From assembly GCF_009914755.1 (NCBI RefSeq), contig NC_060937.1: a stretch of 64,000 nt of DNA, one strand, 5' to 3'. Positions within the stretch are counted from its first letter, which is position 1; each line of letters opens with the position of its first letter. Shown one piece after another: positions 31,801-47,769 of this stretch. Made by a program: the position numbers and the translations under genes. Under the pieces are notes generated by a model, which was given only the letters and a program-made list of their open reading frames with translations, did not search any database and was not told the origin of the DNA. Source of the stretch: the human T2T-CHM13v2.0 reference genome, Homo sapiens.

Positions 31801-34158
31801 TTCCCATAAAATGTAACTGTGGCTTCCTATTTGGACATATATATTTAAGTGCATAGAAAAGGGTTTTTGGTAGCATCAAGGTATTTCAAAGGAAGACGAG
31901 ATTGAGGAGCTGGGAAGGAAGCAGAGAGCACTCAGGGAAACTTCTAGGTTTGTTTGGTACTGAAATGTTATTGTAAGAATGTATGCATGTATTATTTGCA
32001 TGCTTAAAAATAACATAGAGCTTTCCATACAAAAAGTCCACTTCCTCGCTCCCTGTCACTGCCTGTTACACATTCCTTTATTTTTTTAAGAGATGGGGGT
32101 CTCGCTATGTTGTCCAGGCTGATCTTGAACTCCTAGGCTCAAGCAATCTGCCTGTCTATTGCATATTCTTCATAAACAATTACTTCCCAAACCCTTTCAA
32201 TTTTTAAAGTTCATTTCCTGCATGTCTAGTCTGTTCCATTTCCATTTAAATCTACCTAGTTCAAGTCACCTCCCTTCACTTAACCCACTAAGTCTCCTTT
32301 CCTTCAGTTTCACACTGCAAATAGACAAGTTTAATTTATAGACCCTGAATCTTTCTCCCTAGGAATTTTCCCTGATATCTCTTGCATTACATGGTAAAAT
32401 TCACAATAATTTTTTTCACGTTCATTATTTAGTTATTTTCATATATCCAAATCCATTCCACAAATTTGGGTCTCAAATCAAATACAATAATATTAAGAAT
32501 GCAACTGAAGCCACAGTTCACTTCTCTGCTGTAAGTTTAGCCTGAGGGACCCATTAGCCTTTAGCAAAATCCCCATGTTATGTTTAAAAACAATAAAAGT
32601 CATGAGTTCTAAGAGCTCCGTACTAGCCTACATGGACTTAACAACTAATCTTGAATTTGGTACACTGTGTGTGGGTTTTTGTCCACAAGAGATAGTAGAT
32701 CTAAAGCACTGGGACACCATTCCCCTCTCCCTGCTCAGAGTAGAAGTCTATGCAACCTCTCTCAACACTGAGACAGCCTGCAACTCAAAAATCTTCTCAG
32801 CAGTCCACTCCATCCCTCCGAGGCCGGGCCAAGTCATGCATAGAACCTTGCGTGGTTCCACCAATTGGAAAAGTCTAGACCACAGCTAAGCTAACTGAAG
32901 CAAATTATCTAACCTTGCCCTTCAATGCAATAATCCTCCGTCCCTGAAAATAATAACCATTTCCCCTCTCAGCCTCAATCTCCTATCCTCTACTACTCTC
33001 ATTTGCTTATTGCACCTTATTTCCTTTCTCATCCTTGGGATTTTCTTTGTTCCCAACCCTTTCTAAGTTGCTCATTCTAGGTCCTCCATTCTGTTCTAAA
33101 CAAACTCCCTCGCCTTATCAACCTTTGGCATTTTCTAGTTTCCTACTGCTACTTGCTCTCAATCACAAAAGTGCCCAAGATACAGCCATACTATGACCCT
33201 CAACCCTCCTCTCTCTGAGGTCATCTCCCTCCTCCTCATCCACTGATGGCCTGATTCAGTTTCTCTCTCCACTTTGCCTCCTGCACCAACCTTGACATGT
33301 CAGTGTCTAGGCAGCTTCCTGACGTGCATGCACCTCAATCCCGTACAATTTAAGAACCTTTATCTCTCACTCACCCACCCATTTCCGGGTCACAAATCTG
33401 GAACCACCCACCTCAAACAGGTCCACTAAGGCAAGGAGTGGAAGATAATTATGCTAAAGTTGAGTTGAGGGGCTGAAGAAAAGTTGGAAACCAACTGGAA
33501 AAGTCCTAGAGGAATCTAAAAAGAAGAATAATCAGGGAGAACTAGTAAAAAGATTTTATAAACACTGCTGAGGACCTAGTTAAGGTTAGAGATGAATAAT
33601 TCCCTACAGCGGCTAACTACATATTGGCTTGATGCCACAATCTGAAGTAGCCTAATTTCTCCCTGTTGAAAAGAATTTTAGCATATACATGTTTTTCAAA
33701 ATAATTACTTTTTAAGCAAAAATGTGCAAATGTTTTTGCTTTTTAAAAATGTACATCTTTTTCTGGATGCTCTTTTAACACAGAGCAATGATTTCATATT
33801 CACAAAAATACCTCCAATGACTTGAATGCTCTGGAAATGAGAGGCAAAGTAAACCAAAAAAATAATCTTTAAACTTTTGTTGAAATATTTCTAAGATTAT
33901 TTGTAGTCCATTTTCCTTAGAGTATACTGAATATGCCAGAATTTTGCTGTATGTGAAAGCAGCCATTATAGTTTTAAAAGCGTCAACCAGGACTGTATAA
34001 ACATCAAAATAACACTGATGAATGACCTCAGGACAATCCCTGTGAACTGTATTATATTTAATTTTTAAAACCCTGGTTTTCTTATGGTTTGCTTTCTTCT
34101 TTGCTAAGTAGCATGATGGGAAAGGTGGACTTCAAACTTGCTTTGGAAGTTAAACAAT

Positions 34159-34330
34159 TTCATTCATTCATTCACTCATTCAATAAATATTTAGTAAGCA
34201 CCTACTATGTGCCAGGAACTGGATTATGTGCTGGGAATACAATGGTGAGCAAAAACAAATGGGTTCCCTCCGTCATGGAACTGACAGTCTAGTGGGAGAG
34301 ACAGACAATTTCATTATTAAATAAATGTAT
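34159..34330 (-). mobile_element. L2 3' end
   Basis: ttcattcattca...aaatatttagtaagcacctactatgtgccagg is the canonical antisense L2 tail. Confidence 0.8.
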
Positions 34331-34730
34331 GATTATAAACTACTATAGTCCTGATATAGCTGCAACAATAATGCAAAAAAAAATGAAAAACACTGCTTAA
34401 AAATAGGTTATGTTCTCCTCATAATTCAGAAATAGCTATAAGCTCTCATTACACAAAATACCATTTATGCTCTTTTGGAGAAAAAGAATTGTTTGAAATA
34501 AACATAAGAAATTATTTACTCAAATATATTTAACAGGTATTATTTGTGAACAACTAAAATTTCCTCACTTGAGGGAGACCAAGACTTAAATTTATCTGTT
34601 TTTGTATCTCTCCACGGCACATGAAACGCTGCTTGTCCATGCAGGTTCCTTAAGAACAAGGACCCTTTCTATCTCATCCCTAGGACTGACAACCGTGCCT
34701 GCCACATAATGAGATGTATTTCCCATTTTT

Positions 34731-34762
34731 GAATGAATGAATGAATGAATGAATGAATGAAT
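34731..34762 (+). repeat. (GAAT)n at an L2 3' tail
   Basis: About 8 GAAT units preceded by L2-like cgtgcctgccacata. Confidence 0.85.
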
Positions 34763-36321
34763 GGACAATAGGGATTGAAACAACTAAGATGATGACAGAA
34801 AAGTAGATCTGCCCCCAAACAATAACTGAAATGACTGACACTGCTAAGGTTCAGTGAGTCAGAGCACACAACTACAGATGCCAGCTGATGTGGCCCTCAG
34901 GCCCACCTAAAATGATCCCAAACAGTCCAGTTGAGGGTCAACTCTAGCTAACACAATCAGATCACCATCCTATGTTGTATTTCTTCCAAAATAATAGTAG
35001 ATCACCCACAGGCAGTACCTGTAAAGAGAGGACTCCATTTCCTACCTGGGTACTGCAACAGCCTCCAGGCTGGTCTCCTGCCTCTACTCTCATGCTGCCC
35101 AGGCCCACCCAGCAGCCAAAGGGTCTTCTCAAACAAATCAGAACGTATCACCCACCTGCTCAGAACCCTCTCGTGGTTTCCCATGGCTTTCCAAATAAAA
35201 CCCAAGCTTTAGGCCCCTGTTCTTCTGACTTTATCTTCATCTTATTCCACTCTTGCCATGCTAATTTTCTTTCCATCCTTCAAGCACTCAGGCAACCTGC
35301 ACTTTCTTCCTACTGATGGTAACATTTTTGCCTCAGATCTTAAAATGATGTCTTCAAATTTCTGATCTAACATTACCTAATCAGGGACATTTCCCAATGA
35401 CTGACATATGAACTAGCAACTCCCTCATCCTCTGTCCCCTTTCCCAGTCTTCTTTTTTTCGTGACAGTGACACATTACATCACACAATTGATGGCTGTCT
35501 GCTTCCCCACGAGGGTGTCAGGTACCTGAAGGCATATTTCTGTATCATCAGTTCCTAAACAGTGTCTGGCACACAACAGGAAATATATCTATCATGATTA
35601 GTCTACTCAAACACTCAGCTAGCATCCATCCCATCAGCAGGTAACATGCATGGAGCCAGTGTTGCTGTACTCTATGCAGGAGCACTGTGCAACAGTCCTC
35701 TTATGCTATGATTAGGTAACATGAGTTAAAACTGTAAAAACAAAAATTCATTAATAAATAGAAATTAAAATCAGTTCTTTCCAGGACCATCAAAAAGATT
35801 AGTAACATAAAGCAATGGTGGTTAAAACAATATGGGGCTAATATCTATTGAGAATAAAATTTTTAACATAGTATGGCAGGAAATTAATTTAGTAAGAACC
35901 ATCTACCAGTGAAAGTCAGTGGAAATACTGAAATGAGTAACATACTTTCCAAAGATTTAAAACAAACAAAATCTCAGAAGGAAAGATATGCAATGAATAA
36001 TATATTAAATCCTCTTTGATTTGTATATTCTTCTCTACACAATTCTCAAGGGAAAATTCAAAAGCCAAAAATATATTTCAAAACATATTTGCAAATGTCA
36101 GCAACATCAAATAATAAAAATGCTTTTCTATTAAAAAAATGGCTTTTCTATTAAGCATTATTTCTGAAGTTTAGAAAAATGAAGCAAAACTTATGAGAAG
36201 ATGGGCTTAGAATATTTATTCTAGAATCAGTCTCTTTCAAAGAAGTATTTAAGAACTCTATTGTGTTACCAATTCAATCTGCCTAAATACAAAAAGAATT
36301 AGTAACTATTGAACTATCAAA

Positions 36322-36359
<38 letters not shown>

Positions 36360-36490
36360 GGCCAGACACAGTGGCTCATGCCTGTAATCCAACACTTTGG
36401 GAGACTGAGGTGGGTCATTTGAGGCCAGGAGTTCAAGACTAGTCTGGGCAACATAATGAGACCCCATCTCTACCAAAAAAAAAAAAAAAA
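36322..36490 (+). mobile_element. (AAT)12 followed by Alu monomer (FLAM-like, 36360-36490)
   Basis: Direct reading of the sequence. Confidence 0.88.
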
Positions 36491-36735
36491 AGAGAGAGAG
36501 ACAGAGAGAGAAAGAGATGAAAAAAGAAAAAAAGCCCATTTGGAAAAAATAACGAACACTGTAAAAATACCCCAGGTTTGACAAACAAACATATAAAGCC
36601 ATAAGTATGTAACTGTATTTTACCTCTGTTCAGCATGAGGGTCAATCTAACTAAGATAACATCATTGTATAAAGAGCCCATGTGATAGGTTAATAAGGCC
36701 AAGAGAAATGTACTATTAAATGAAAAGGGAAATAA

Positions 36736-37056
<321 letters not shown>

Positions 37057-38459
37057 GTCACTGAACATTTTTAAAATACTAATAAAGTCACTGAGAAAGG
37101 GTGCCATGTTCAATTACCAAATACATAAATTTTCCACAAGGACAAAACTTTTAAAGTTTTGTACAGACACACACAAAAAGACTGAGAAGACTTAACTGCT
37201 CAATCCACATTTGAGCATTAAGGTTATATTTGATTTTCTAAAAAAACAAGATAAACAGATCTATAATCTAATAAAGTACATACGTTTAGCTTTCATTAGG
37301 GGAAACAAGATGTATTTTTATGAGCAATTAATCAAATTATTCTACATGTGTATGTGGGGAATATGAACAAATCTTCAACAAATGTATCAAATTCAAGAAT
37401 AATAGCCTATAGCCTATTTCTGGGTCATCTTATATTTCAGCGAACTAGATATGATCCAGGCTTACCTCAATTCACTGTGTACAGTGTCAACTGACTAATT
37501 TAAAGGCAGGATTACGCAATAGGGTATTTAATAATCCATCTTAATGACTTCCCAAATCCTGCTTGTGAGCGTCTACTTAATAGGTAACAAATCAACTAAA
37601 AATGCCATTCAATTTTCTTTCTACAATGATTAAAATGCCTACATTAAACAAAAGCCAGAATTCTACATGTTATCTAAATTCCATTTGAATTTTTGAGGCA
37701 GTGTCCCACATTAGATAGAACACTGGGCTTACATATCAGGGAGAAGTAAGTTTGTATACCAGCTCCACCACTTACTAACTCTGTGGGACCTTGGACGAAT
37801 TAACCTCTCTGAGCCTCAGTTATTTCATAGGGTGATAATGTCCAACTTATTGGCATGTGAAAATTAAATGAACAATATTTCAAAAAAGAAAAGGGAGGTG
37901 GGGCTTACTCAGTAACTATTTTAAAAAGGGGTTGGGGGATTAAAACTTATCTACCCTAAGCCAAAAGGTCTTTTCTAGCTCCTTCCCCGGAGTGTGGCTC
38001 CTGGCAAGCCTTTTTTAGGTTTTGATTTTTCACGGCTAAAATGGGGGAAATGACATGCTCTCTATCTAAGGCTACTGCAAGGATCCAATGAGTTAACACA
38101 CATGAAAGCATTATGAAAACAAATGCATAAGCATGCAAAAAAAAAGAAACAAAAACCCTTCATTCTTGACAGAAAAGCCAAGCAAGCAAAAAGAGAAACT
38201 GTGATTTCTCATTTGCTGCCACACAGAATTTTATCACTGTATAACGCAATGCAAACATTAACCGTATCTTGTATTAATTACTGTAAGACTATCTCCTTCA
38301 CTAAACGAGTGCCTCTTTGAAGAAAGGCGTGTCATCCTTGTTTCTTCAACAGCTAACATGTTATCAGGCATACAGATGATGCTCAGTAAGTGCTGGAATT
38401 ATGGCACACTATATTTAACCTTCCTAGTATGTCATTAATACAGTGGGAAGTAGAATTAC

Positions 38460-38673
38460 CATTTTCTTTCCGTAATCTTGTGATGAACTTCTTAGGGGGT
38501 ATTACTCCAACCTTTTTCTTCTGAGTGGCTATGCTATGGAAGAGATCTGCTAAGCATGTAAGAAGGCTCTCCTTTTTCCTAGGTTGACTCTTATACGCAA
38601 GAACTTTTTCCCGAAATGGACGACAAAAATAAAGTGCTTGAAGAACTGAATTGCAGTAGCAGGTATTCCCAAA
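38460..38673 (-). CDS. USP12: USP12 exon 3 ([15 protein letters not shown]...RLRKEN; Cys box, catalytic Cys48)
   Basis: 214 nt, ORF track 38383..38769, acceptor ttgcag after a T-tract, donor G|gtaatt. Confidence 0.97.
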
Positions 38674-39701
38674 CTGCAACAGAAAAAAAAAAGTTTTGTT
38701 AAATTTAGGGCAACACATTTTCAAGAGAGAAATTCCCGGTATATGGTTGAGAACAGAAAGAGATGACAATCGGTTACTACTGTTACTATAACACTGACTG
38801 CATTATATTATACATTTTAAAATACAACTCTCAAAAATTCTTTGGAAATCACAAAAGTAAAGTTTTCTATCAGGTTCTTAGGTACATCCAAATTAAAACA
38901 CACAAAAACAAAAAATAAAAAAAACAAGATCCCCTGAAACGTTACATGAAAAAGTCACCAGTATGACAGTCTAGCAACCACTGAAATGCCAAGTCACAGT
39001 ATTCATGATGTATTGGAAAGACATCAAATCCTTAACTATGAATTTCTCTCTTACCAGCCATGTCATTGGGGTATGTCACTACATCTTACTGAACTCTACT
39101 CCTCTCCACTCTAGTAATTGGGGCGAGACGGGGGAGGGGGCGGGCGGGGAAATAACCCTACTTTATAAAGTAAATGACACACAGTTTCATAAATATGTAT
39201 TGCCTTCCTTTTCCCTTCCATTAATAAACACTGGCTCTAAAAGCTATAAAACAGCTAAAAGTCAGTCATGAAGATTTGGGGAGCACTATGAAACTATAAA
39301 AAAGGAATGAGGATAATTCTCATATTTCTACTATGGGGTGAAATCAAGTATATACAGTATTAGGTTAAAAAGGCTAGGCAGAGAAAAATGTTTAAGATTG
39401 GGTGATATCAAATGTATGTCCATAGACCATTTATTTTTTTTAAAAAAATGAGGAAGGATAAACAAAAAGCTAACAAAAATGTTTATAGGAGAAGAGGAAA
39501 AATAATGGAGAGATGGATGAAAATGAGACTTCTCTGAAAGAATGTTGTTATAAAACATTTACTTTGTACCCCCTATCTTTTCTAAAATAAAAAAGAAATG
39601 TCTAAAATTAAAAACAAAAATAAACAAAACCTAAATGTATATGGATTTAATGGTAGAAATAAAGAGAAATTAATTATTTCAGGTGACTTAAAGAATGTTT
39701 A

Positions 39702-40079
<378 letters not shown>

Positions 40080-40465
40080 TTTATTGATATTGTTATTTTG
40101 AAACTATTGTAGCTATATCATAGGACAAAGCAAACAAGGAATTATGTTAATACCCTTAGGAACCAAAATTTTTAATGTAAAGGAAAAAAAGATGCTATAA
40201 TAAAAATCAGAAAAATAAAAGCCTTGTAAACTTCAGTTAGAAATATCAACATAAACTTATAACTCTGAAAATGTATGTCTGTGTGCATGCATGCATGTTT
40301 GTGTGTACGTGTTTTCAAATTCTGTCCACTGAAAAGGTGTGGCAGCAACAAGTTTCTCCTATACCCAGATTGTGTTCTCTAAACACCCTTTTCCCATCCA
40401 AAAGAACTCGGACACCTTGAAGATATGGCTGATACAAGATCTGCGATAAGAAATGTACAATGTGC

Positions 40466-41271
40466 CTTCTCAAAAGAAGACATTTATGCAGCCAAAAGAC
40501 ACATGAAAAAATGCTCATCATCACTGGCCATCAGAGAAATGCAAATCAAAACCACAATGAGATACCATCTCACACCAGTTGGAATGGCAATCATTAAAAA
40601 GTCAGGAAACAACAGGTGCTGGAGAGGATGTGGAGAAATAGGAACACTTTTACACTGTTGGTGGGACTGTAAACTAGTTCAACCATTGTGGAAGTCAGTG
40701 TGGTGATTCCTCAGGGATCTAGAACTAGAAATACCATTTGACCCAGCCATCCCATTACTGGGTATATACCCAAAGGACTACAAATCATGCTGCTATAAAG
40801 ACACATGCACACATATGTTTATTGCGGCACTATTCACAATAGCAAAGACTTGGAACCAACCCAAATGTCCAACAATGATAGATTGGATTAAGAAAATGTG
40901 GCACATATACACCATGGAATACTATGCAGCCATAAAAAATGATGAGTTCATGTCCTTTGTAGGGACATGGATGAAATTGGAAATCATCATTCTCAGGAAA
41001 CTATCGCAAGGACAAAAAACCAAACACCGCATGTTCTTACTCATAGATGGGAATTGAACAATGAGAACACATGGACAAAGGAAGGGGAACATCACACTCT
41101 GAGGACTGTTGTGGGGTGGGGGGAGAGGGGAGGGATAGCATTAGGAGATATACCTAATGCTAAATGAGGAGTTAATGGGTGCAGCACACCAGCATGGCAC
41201 ATGTATACATATGTAGCTAACCTGCACATTGTGCACATGTACCCTAAAACTTAAAGCATAAAAAAAAAAAA
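40466..41271 (+). mobile_element. 5'-truncated young L1 (L1PA3-like): ORF2 C-terminus, 3'UTR and poly-A
   Basis: Peptide ...[29 protein letters not shown] is the ORF2 Cys-rich domain, broken by a TGA. Perfect 18-bp TSD aagaaatgtacaatgtgc (40448-40465, 41272-41289). Confidence 0.95.
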
Positions 41272-41391
41272 AAGAAATGTACAATGTGCAAGATTAGCCT
41301 GGGATATCTTAAATATAAGTGTCAACTTTAATACAAAAGGATTACTGCAATGGACCAAAACACACCAACTATACAAAAATTCATAAATTTA

Positions 41392-41700
<309 letters not shown>

Positions 41701-42365
41701 TATATACACATAATGACATTTTTTTAAAAAGCAGCCCTCTTTAGTCTCCATTGACAATTGCAAACTAATATATAAAAGGAAAAACATTCAAGATTCATCT
41801 TGCCTTTCTTATAAGAACCATATTTCAGGGGCACTAAACAGTTGATGAAGGAAGTTTCTGTTTATAAAATAAGTCCAGTGAATAAAATCAGAAGAAATGG
41901 TTGTAAATAATGGATTAAGCAATAATTATCAATGGATGCTCAAAGCATTAGGTTAAAAGTTGATGGGGATGTTTAAAACAGAGTGAACAGACCTAAACAC
42001 CCCAGCGATTTCAGCATTGCTCAAGTGAACAACTGAATATTGTGTGTCTTTTAATATATCTTACCTCCTATGAAGTATTCTTGCCTTAAGCAAAATCACT
42101 AAACTTTAATCATGTCTCTACGTGTAACTACTAATTTACAAGACAGTCAACAGTCAGGCAATGAAAGAGACAATACCACAAAGAAGGAAAAGGCCAAGTT
42201 TGAAATGGGAATAGTCTCTAGGACAGATGACCTAGTTTCTCCACAAATTGATGACTTGAAAAAAGGTTGAAAAGGACTCAAGAGACACAACAATCAAATT
42301 GCAAATGTAAATGCTGGAGTTTACTTAGATCCTGATTTACAAACCAACTATAAAAAGTCATCTTT

Positions 42366-42740
<375 letters not shown>

Positions 42741-45026
42741 TTAGGTGTGATCATTAGGTGATCATATTTTTTAAAACGTTCCTGCCACTTTGAGACATGT
42801 AATTAAACGTGTCCCATTTATGGCCAAAATGCCATGATGACTAGGATTTCCTTTTCCAGGTTAAAAAAAAAAAAAAAAAAAAAAAGGATAAGTGGAAGAG
42901 AAGGAAAATATTGGTAATTGTTCAAGCTAGGTTGATGGGTTCATAGTGATTCATTATATTTACCTCTCCTACTCTAGCTTTTCAAAGGAGGTGTTTAATC
43001 TTTGAGGTAAATTGTATAATCATGTCATTATGTGTCACAATCATTGCAAATAAAGGACCTAACCAGATAAGTTCATAGGGAAGACAGACACTAGGCAGAG
43101 CCAATAATTTGAGGGGATAAAACAAAGCTCTGCTATGTTCAATCTCCTAATTGTCTGAATATGTTTCTTTTTTTCCACAGAGATTAAACAAATAAGATCC
43201 CTCTGCCCCACTGAAACAGGAGTTACCAACTTTTTGAAGAGGCTTGTGAGATCCAACCCCTCTCCAGCTGAGGACCTGAGACCTAGTGAGGACAATGACT
43301 TCTCATATCTACACTGCTAGTAGGAGACAAGCACTGGTTTCAGAAAAAGAGGCGCTTAAGCTTAAGAGGTATGTGATTAAAGCGTACTGATATCAATGAT
43401 CATAAATGTAACTACAGATACACTTCAATGAACCCTACCCAGGGGTTAAGTACAACTGAATGTTACTAAGATTAATTTACCCAGTATCCAGTATAAATCT
43501 GTCTTTAAAATTGTATTTGTACTACAATCTAATCAAGCTAACGACCAACAAATCTGGTTATATCAATTGAAGAGAAGATACAATCTCCATATTTTGGAAT
43601 AGGCAACAGGGGAATTGAACAACTTCCACCGAGCAGGGAGATGAAAGCAAAAGAGATCATCTCCAAGTATACCAGAAATATTATGATAATGAGGATTGAC
43701 CTATCTATAAAAAATATGAGAAGCAAATAGGATAGGCTAAAAAACTAGAGGGAGTCTCTATTTTGTAGACTACTGGAAGTCAGGCTCACACTTCTGTCCA
43801 ACATGACTTGCTCATCTTCTGAATATAAAGCAACAGTAATATTATAATCAATTCTCTGAGGCCTGCCATTAGTCTTCTTTTATTTACTTTCATCAATCCC
43901 ATTAAAGAAAAATTAAAAGGTTGAAAATACTACTCTTTCTCCAGAATAAGCTGACTTTCAATCTTTTTAATAATTTTGAAACTTTTCCTTCAATTTTCTT
44001 GATTTTTAATATTAACTTTCATTCAAGGTCCTAAGACCTAAAAATTATCTTTCAAGAGTAGAGCCTTCATGCAAAAGGTTTTCTGGGATGATTTTCTCTA
44101 TATTCTTGTTTGTGAATGCTCAATTTCTTAAAAAACAAAAAAACATTGCTTTAGTGCTGAAATCTATGCTGTGTTATCTCAGCTGGTTTTGAAAATCAAA
44201 GGTAGGTTTAAATTAGGGAGAAGAAATTTTAAAAGTTGCCACCCTACTCGAGGTCTGATCATTGATTTTTTGATTGCTTAGTGAATACAATCTCATTCTT
44301 GCTTTCAAAGAGCTTTCTCTAATGCCTTCTTCTCCAAACCTTAACAAACATCCCACCGCAAGTATTTTTTATATACCTACTACTAAGACCATTTTGAGCG
44401 CACATCCCTTACACATTTATAAATTATACATACTATGTATATTAAAAATGTAAAGGAATGCAATTAAGAAAATGCACATTTTAGATGTTTGTCTTATTTA
44501 TTACACACTATTATTTTCATGAAAAATTATTAGTCTTAAGTGAGAGCAATGAGATTGAGTATTTTTGTAAAGGCTTTAGATTTTAAAACAGCAATTTGAT
44601 AGTCTGTGATGTTCAGTTATTTGGATATGTGGTTTTAATGGCTATCAAAACTGAAAAAGATACCTTCCTAAAGATACATAGGTGCAAGGGAATGAGAGTC
44701 TCACTACCTACCTTTACTTTTTAAATCATGGTATCCAATTTGTAGTCTTATCTACCAAATTAGTTTGAATACATTTAGGAAATGCCTGCCTTGAGAGCCC
44801 CACAGCACAGTAATGAAGCACATAAGATCTGAAACCAAACTGTCTAGGTTCAAGTCTGGTTCCACTATCTGACCTTGGGAAATTACTAAACTGTTGTTTA
44901 CCAGTTTCTTCACCTGCAAAAAGGGGGTAATACAGCACCTACCTCTTAGAATTTCTTAAATAATTAAATGAATCATCACATAAAACACTCAGAACAGTTA
45001 CTGGCCCTTCATCATTTCATAGCTAC

Positions 45027-45326
45027 TTTTTTTTTTTTTTTCCTGAGACAGTGTCTTACTGTCACCCAGGCTGGGGTGCAGTGGTATGATCATGGCTCAC
45101 TGCAGCCTCAACCTCCTGGACTCAAGATCCTCCCACCTCAGTCTGTGGAGTAACTGGGACCTCAGGCACTCAGGCATGCAAAATGCTCCCAGCATTTTTT
45201 TTTTTTTAAGAGACAGGGTCTCACTCTGTTGCCCAGGCTGGTCTCAGATTTCTGGGCTCAAAGCAATCCTCTCGTCTTGGCCTCCCAAAGTGCTGGGATT
45301 AAAAGCATGAGCCACTGTGGCCAGCC
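45027..45326 (-). mobile_element. AluJ
   Basis: Antisense diverged Alu. Confidence 0.88.
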
Positions 45327-45690
45327 AATAATAACTTTTAAAACAACCTTTTAAGTTAACTAAAATTCAATCATATAATTCTCTAAAACTACATTTAAAT
45401 TATAATAGATCTGCCACAGCAGAAACAAATGAGAGAGATGATGCCATCAACCCTTTGACATCATGGAACTTGAAATAACATACAACCATATCATATACAG
45501 ATAGAGTATAGGCACCAGTCTCATCCATATGTTAAGAATAATGCTTAGTCTACCATTTTTAGATAAAAATAAACATCAGAAATGCTAATATTTTCTTCCT
45601 ATTCCCAATGGATCATCTTACACACTTCATTTGGAGACTACTAGTTTTAACCACCATAATGTCAATAGCATTACTTTGTTTAAATACTGA

Positions 45691-46033
45691 GGCTAGGCAC
45701 AATGGCTCATGCCTGTAATCCCAGCACTTTGGGAGGCTGAGGCAGGAGGATCGCTTGAGACCAGGGATTCAACACCAGCATGGGCAATATAGTGAGACCC
45801 CATCTCTACAAAAACCTTAAAAAATTAGCTGAGCATGGTGGTGTGCACCTGTAGTCCCAGCTACTCAGGAGGTAAAGGCAGGAGGACGGCTTGAGCCAAG
45901 AAGGTGAAGCTGCAGTGAGCCAGGGAGGCGAAACTGCAGTGAGCCATGATCACTCACTGCACTCCAGCCTGGGTGACAGAGCAAGACCCTTTCTCAAAAC
46001 AAAAACAAAAACAAACAAACAAACAAACAAAAA
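45691..46033 (+). mobile_element. AluJ with internal 24-bp tandem duplication
   Basis: tgagcc recurs at 45892, 45916 and 45940. Confidence 0.9.
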
Positions 46034-47472
46034 ACCCAGACAAATAAAAAATAAAAATGTTGAAAAGGAACCGTTTTTGAAGAAGCACAACTTCTTCCCT
46101 GTCCCCCATGCTGGGCCTGGGTGATGGTGCCTGTTCTGTGAACATGCTAAGATGTTCTAAGGGAATGCCCTCTTGCACCAACCAGTTCTTGTTTAGGTGA
46201 CATTTTAGAACATTGTATTTCCACATCCCCCTACCCACCACGCTTCTTACTCCAGCAGAGTAGACCAGACATTGAGTACCTCACCCAGAAGTCATCTTTT
46301 CATACTCCAATGGACGTCAGTTCCTCACCCTATGTTCTTACTCCACTGCCCCATGCTTCCTTGTAGGAACTGCTTTCTCTTCTCTATGCAAATTACTGTC
46401 GTGTTATCAATCAAAGCCCTTTTACAGCCCCTAAAACAGGGTTGGACGCTTGGTACAGTCTAGGCAGAGGACCTGGGCCAGAGCTCTTTTCCCAGGTTTG
46501 ATATGGATATTTTCTGGACTCTCCAACAATGTAAACCTCAAGTAACCTATGGCCATCAGATGAGGAGAAACTGAATGAGAATGAAATCAATACAAAAGAA
46601 AAGAGAACCAAGAGACATTTGCCTAATGAACTTTATAACCCAAAAATGGAAAGTTTCATTTTTATTTATTTCTATAATGGACCCTGCTCCAACTAATGAC
46701 TAGTAGCAATTCAGGTTAAATAGCTTTTTATATGACAGATTAGAAATGCAATCATAATTTTATAATAAAGATTCTGAAGGGAAAGCACATTTCTTTTTTT
46801 GTTATTTTTAAAACAAACAACCTAAAACCTTAGAAGACAGGAAAAGCATATTTCACAGTACCCTCACAAATGGACTTACTGAGGCCAGGCTACTTGTGTG
46901 TTGAGGCCTACCTGTATTAGAAAATTAATAAAGAACCATACAATAAAACAATGAAAAAAAAGCTATTCAAAAAAATGCACAGACTATATTACAAGTAAGA
47001 AAGATACACTAAATTGTGGTTTAAATCACTCTCTATCAGCTCTACTAAAATAAGTACTAACCAGCTACAATATAAAAGGAAAAAAGGCAATTTATCAGGT
47101 TAAAACAACTTGTTATCTAAGAATTTTGCTGACTATCTAACAGCTGGCCTGTAAGTGGGATACTTTACAGCAAAAGAAAGCTTCCAAAGGCTCCTTTCCC
47201 CATCCAAAGGTCCTCAAGCTACACTAGTATTTCTCCTCTCTACTTCCAATAATATCAGGAATAGCATTGTATCTACAGGAGATAAGCTGAGAGGAAATCC
47301 TCATTCTATGTATTATACAAATTATAGTGACAGGTAATTAAGAGTAAGCTGCCATAAGAGCCATTATCTGTGACAATATTCTTCTGAGACAAAAATATCT
47401 GCAACTGAAAGTAACAGAAAACAGGTTGTCATTAAAGCACTAAGAGCAACTACTCTGTTTAATTTTCTGCTA

Positions 47473-47769
<297 letters not shown>

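Noticed and set aside
34159-34765. Oppositely oriented L2 tails as a miR-28/151-type hairpin
   Set aside because: The tails point outward about 600 bp apart rather than abutting, and complementarity is mostly the simple (CATT)/(GAAT) repeat.
43500-43740. Purine-rich, coding-looking stretch (possible pseudogene or transposase relic)
   Set aside because: All frames are short or interrupted and I recognise no protein. A tBLASTx or Dfam search would be needed to say more.
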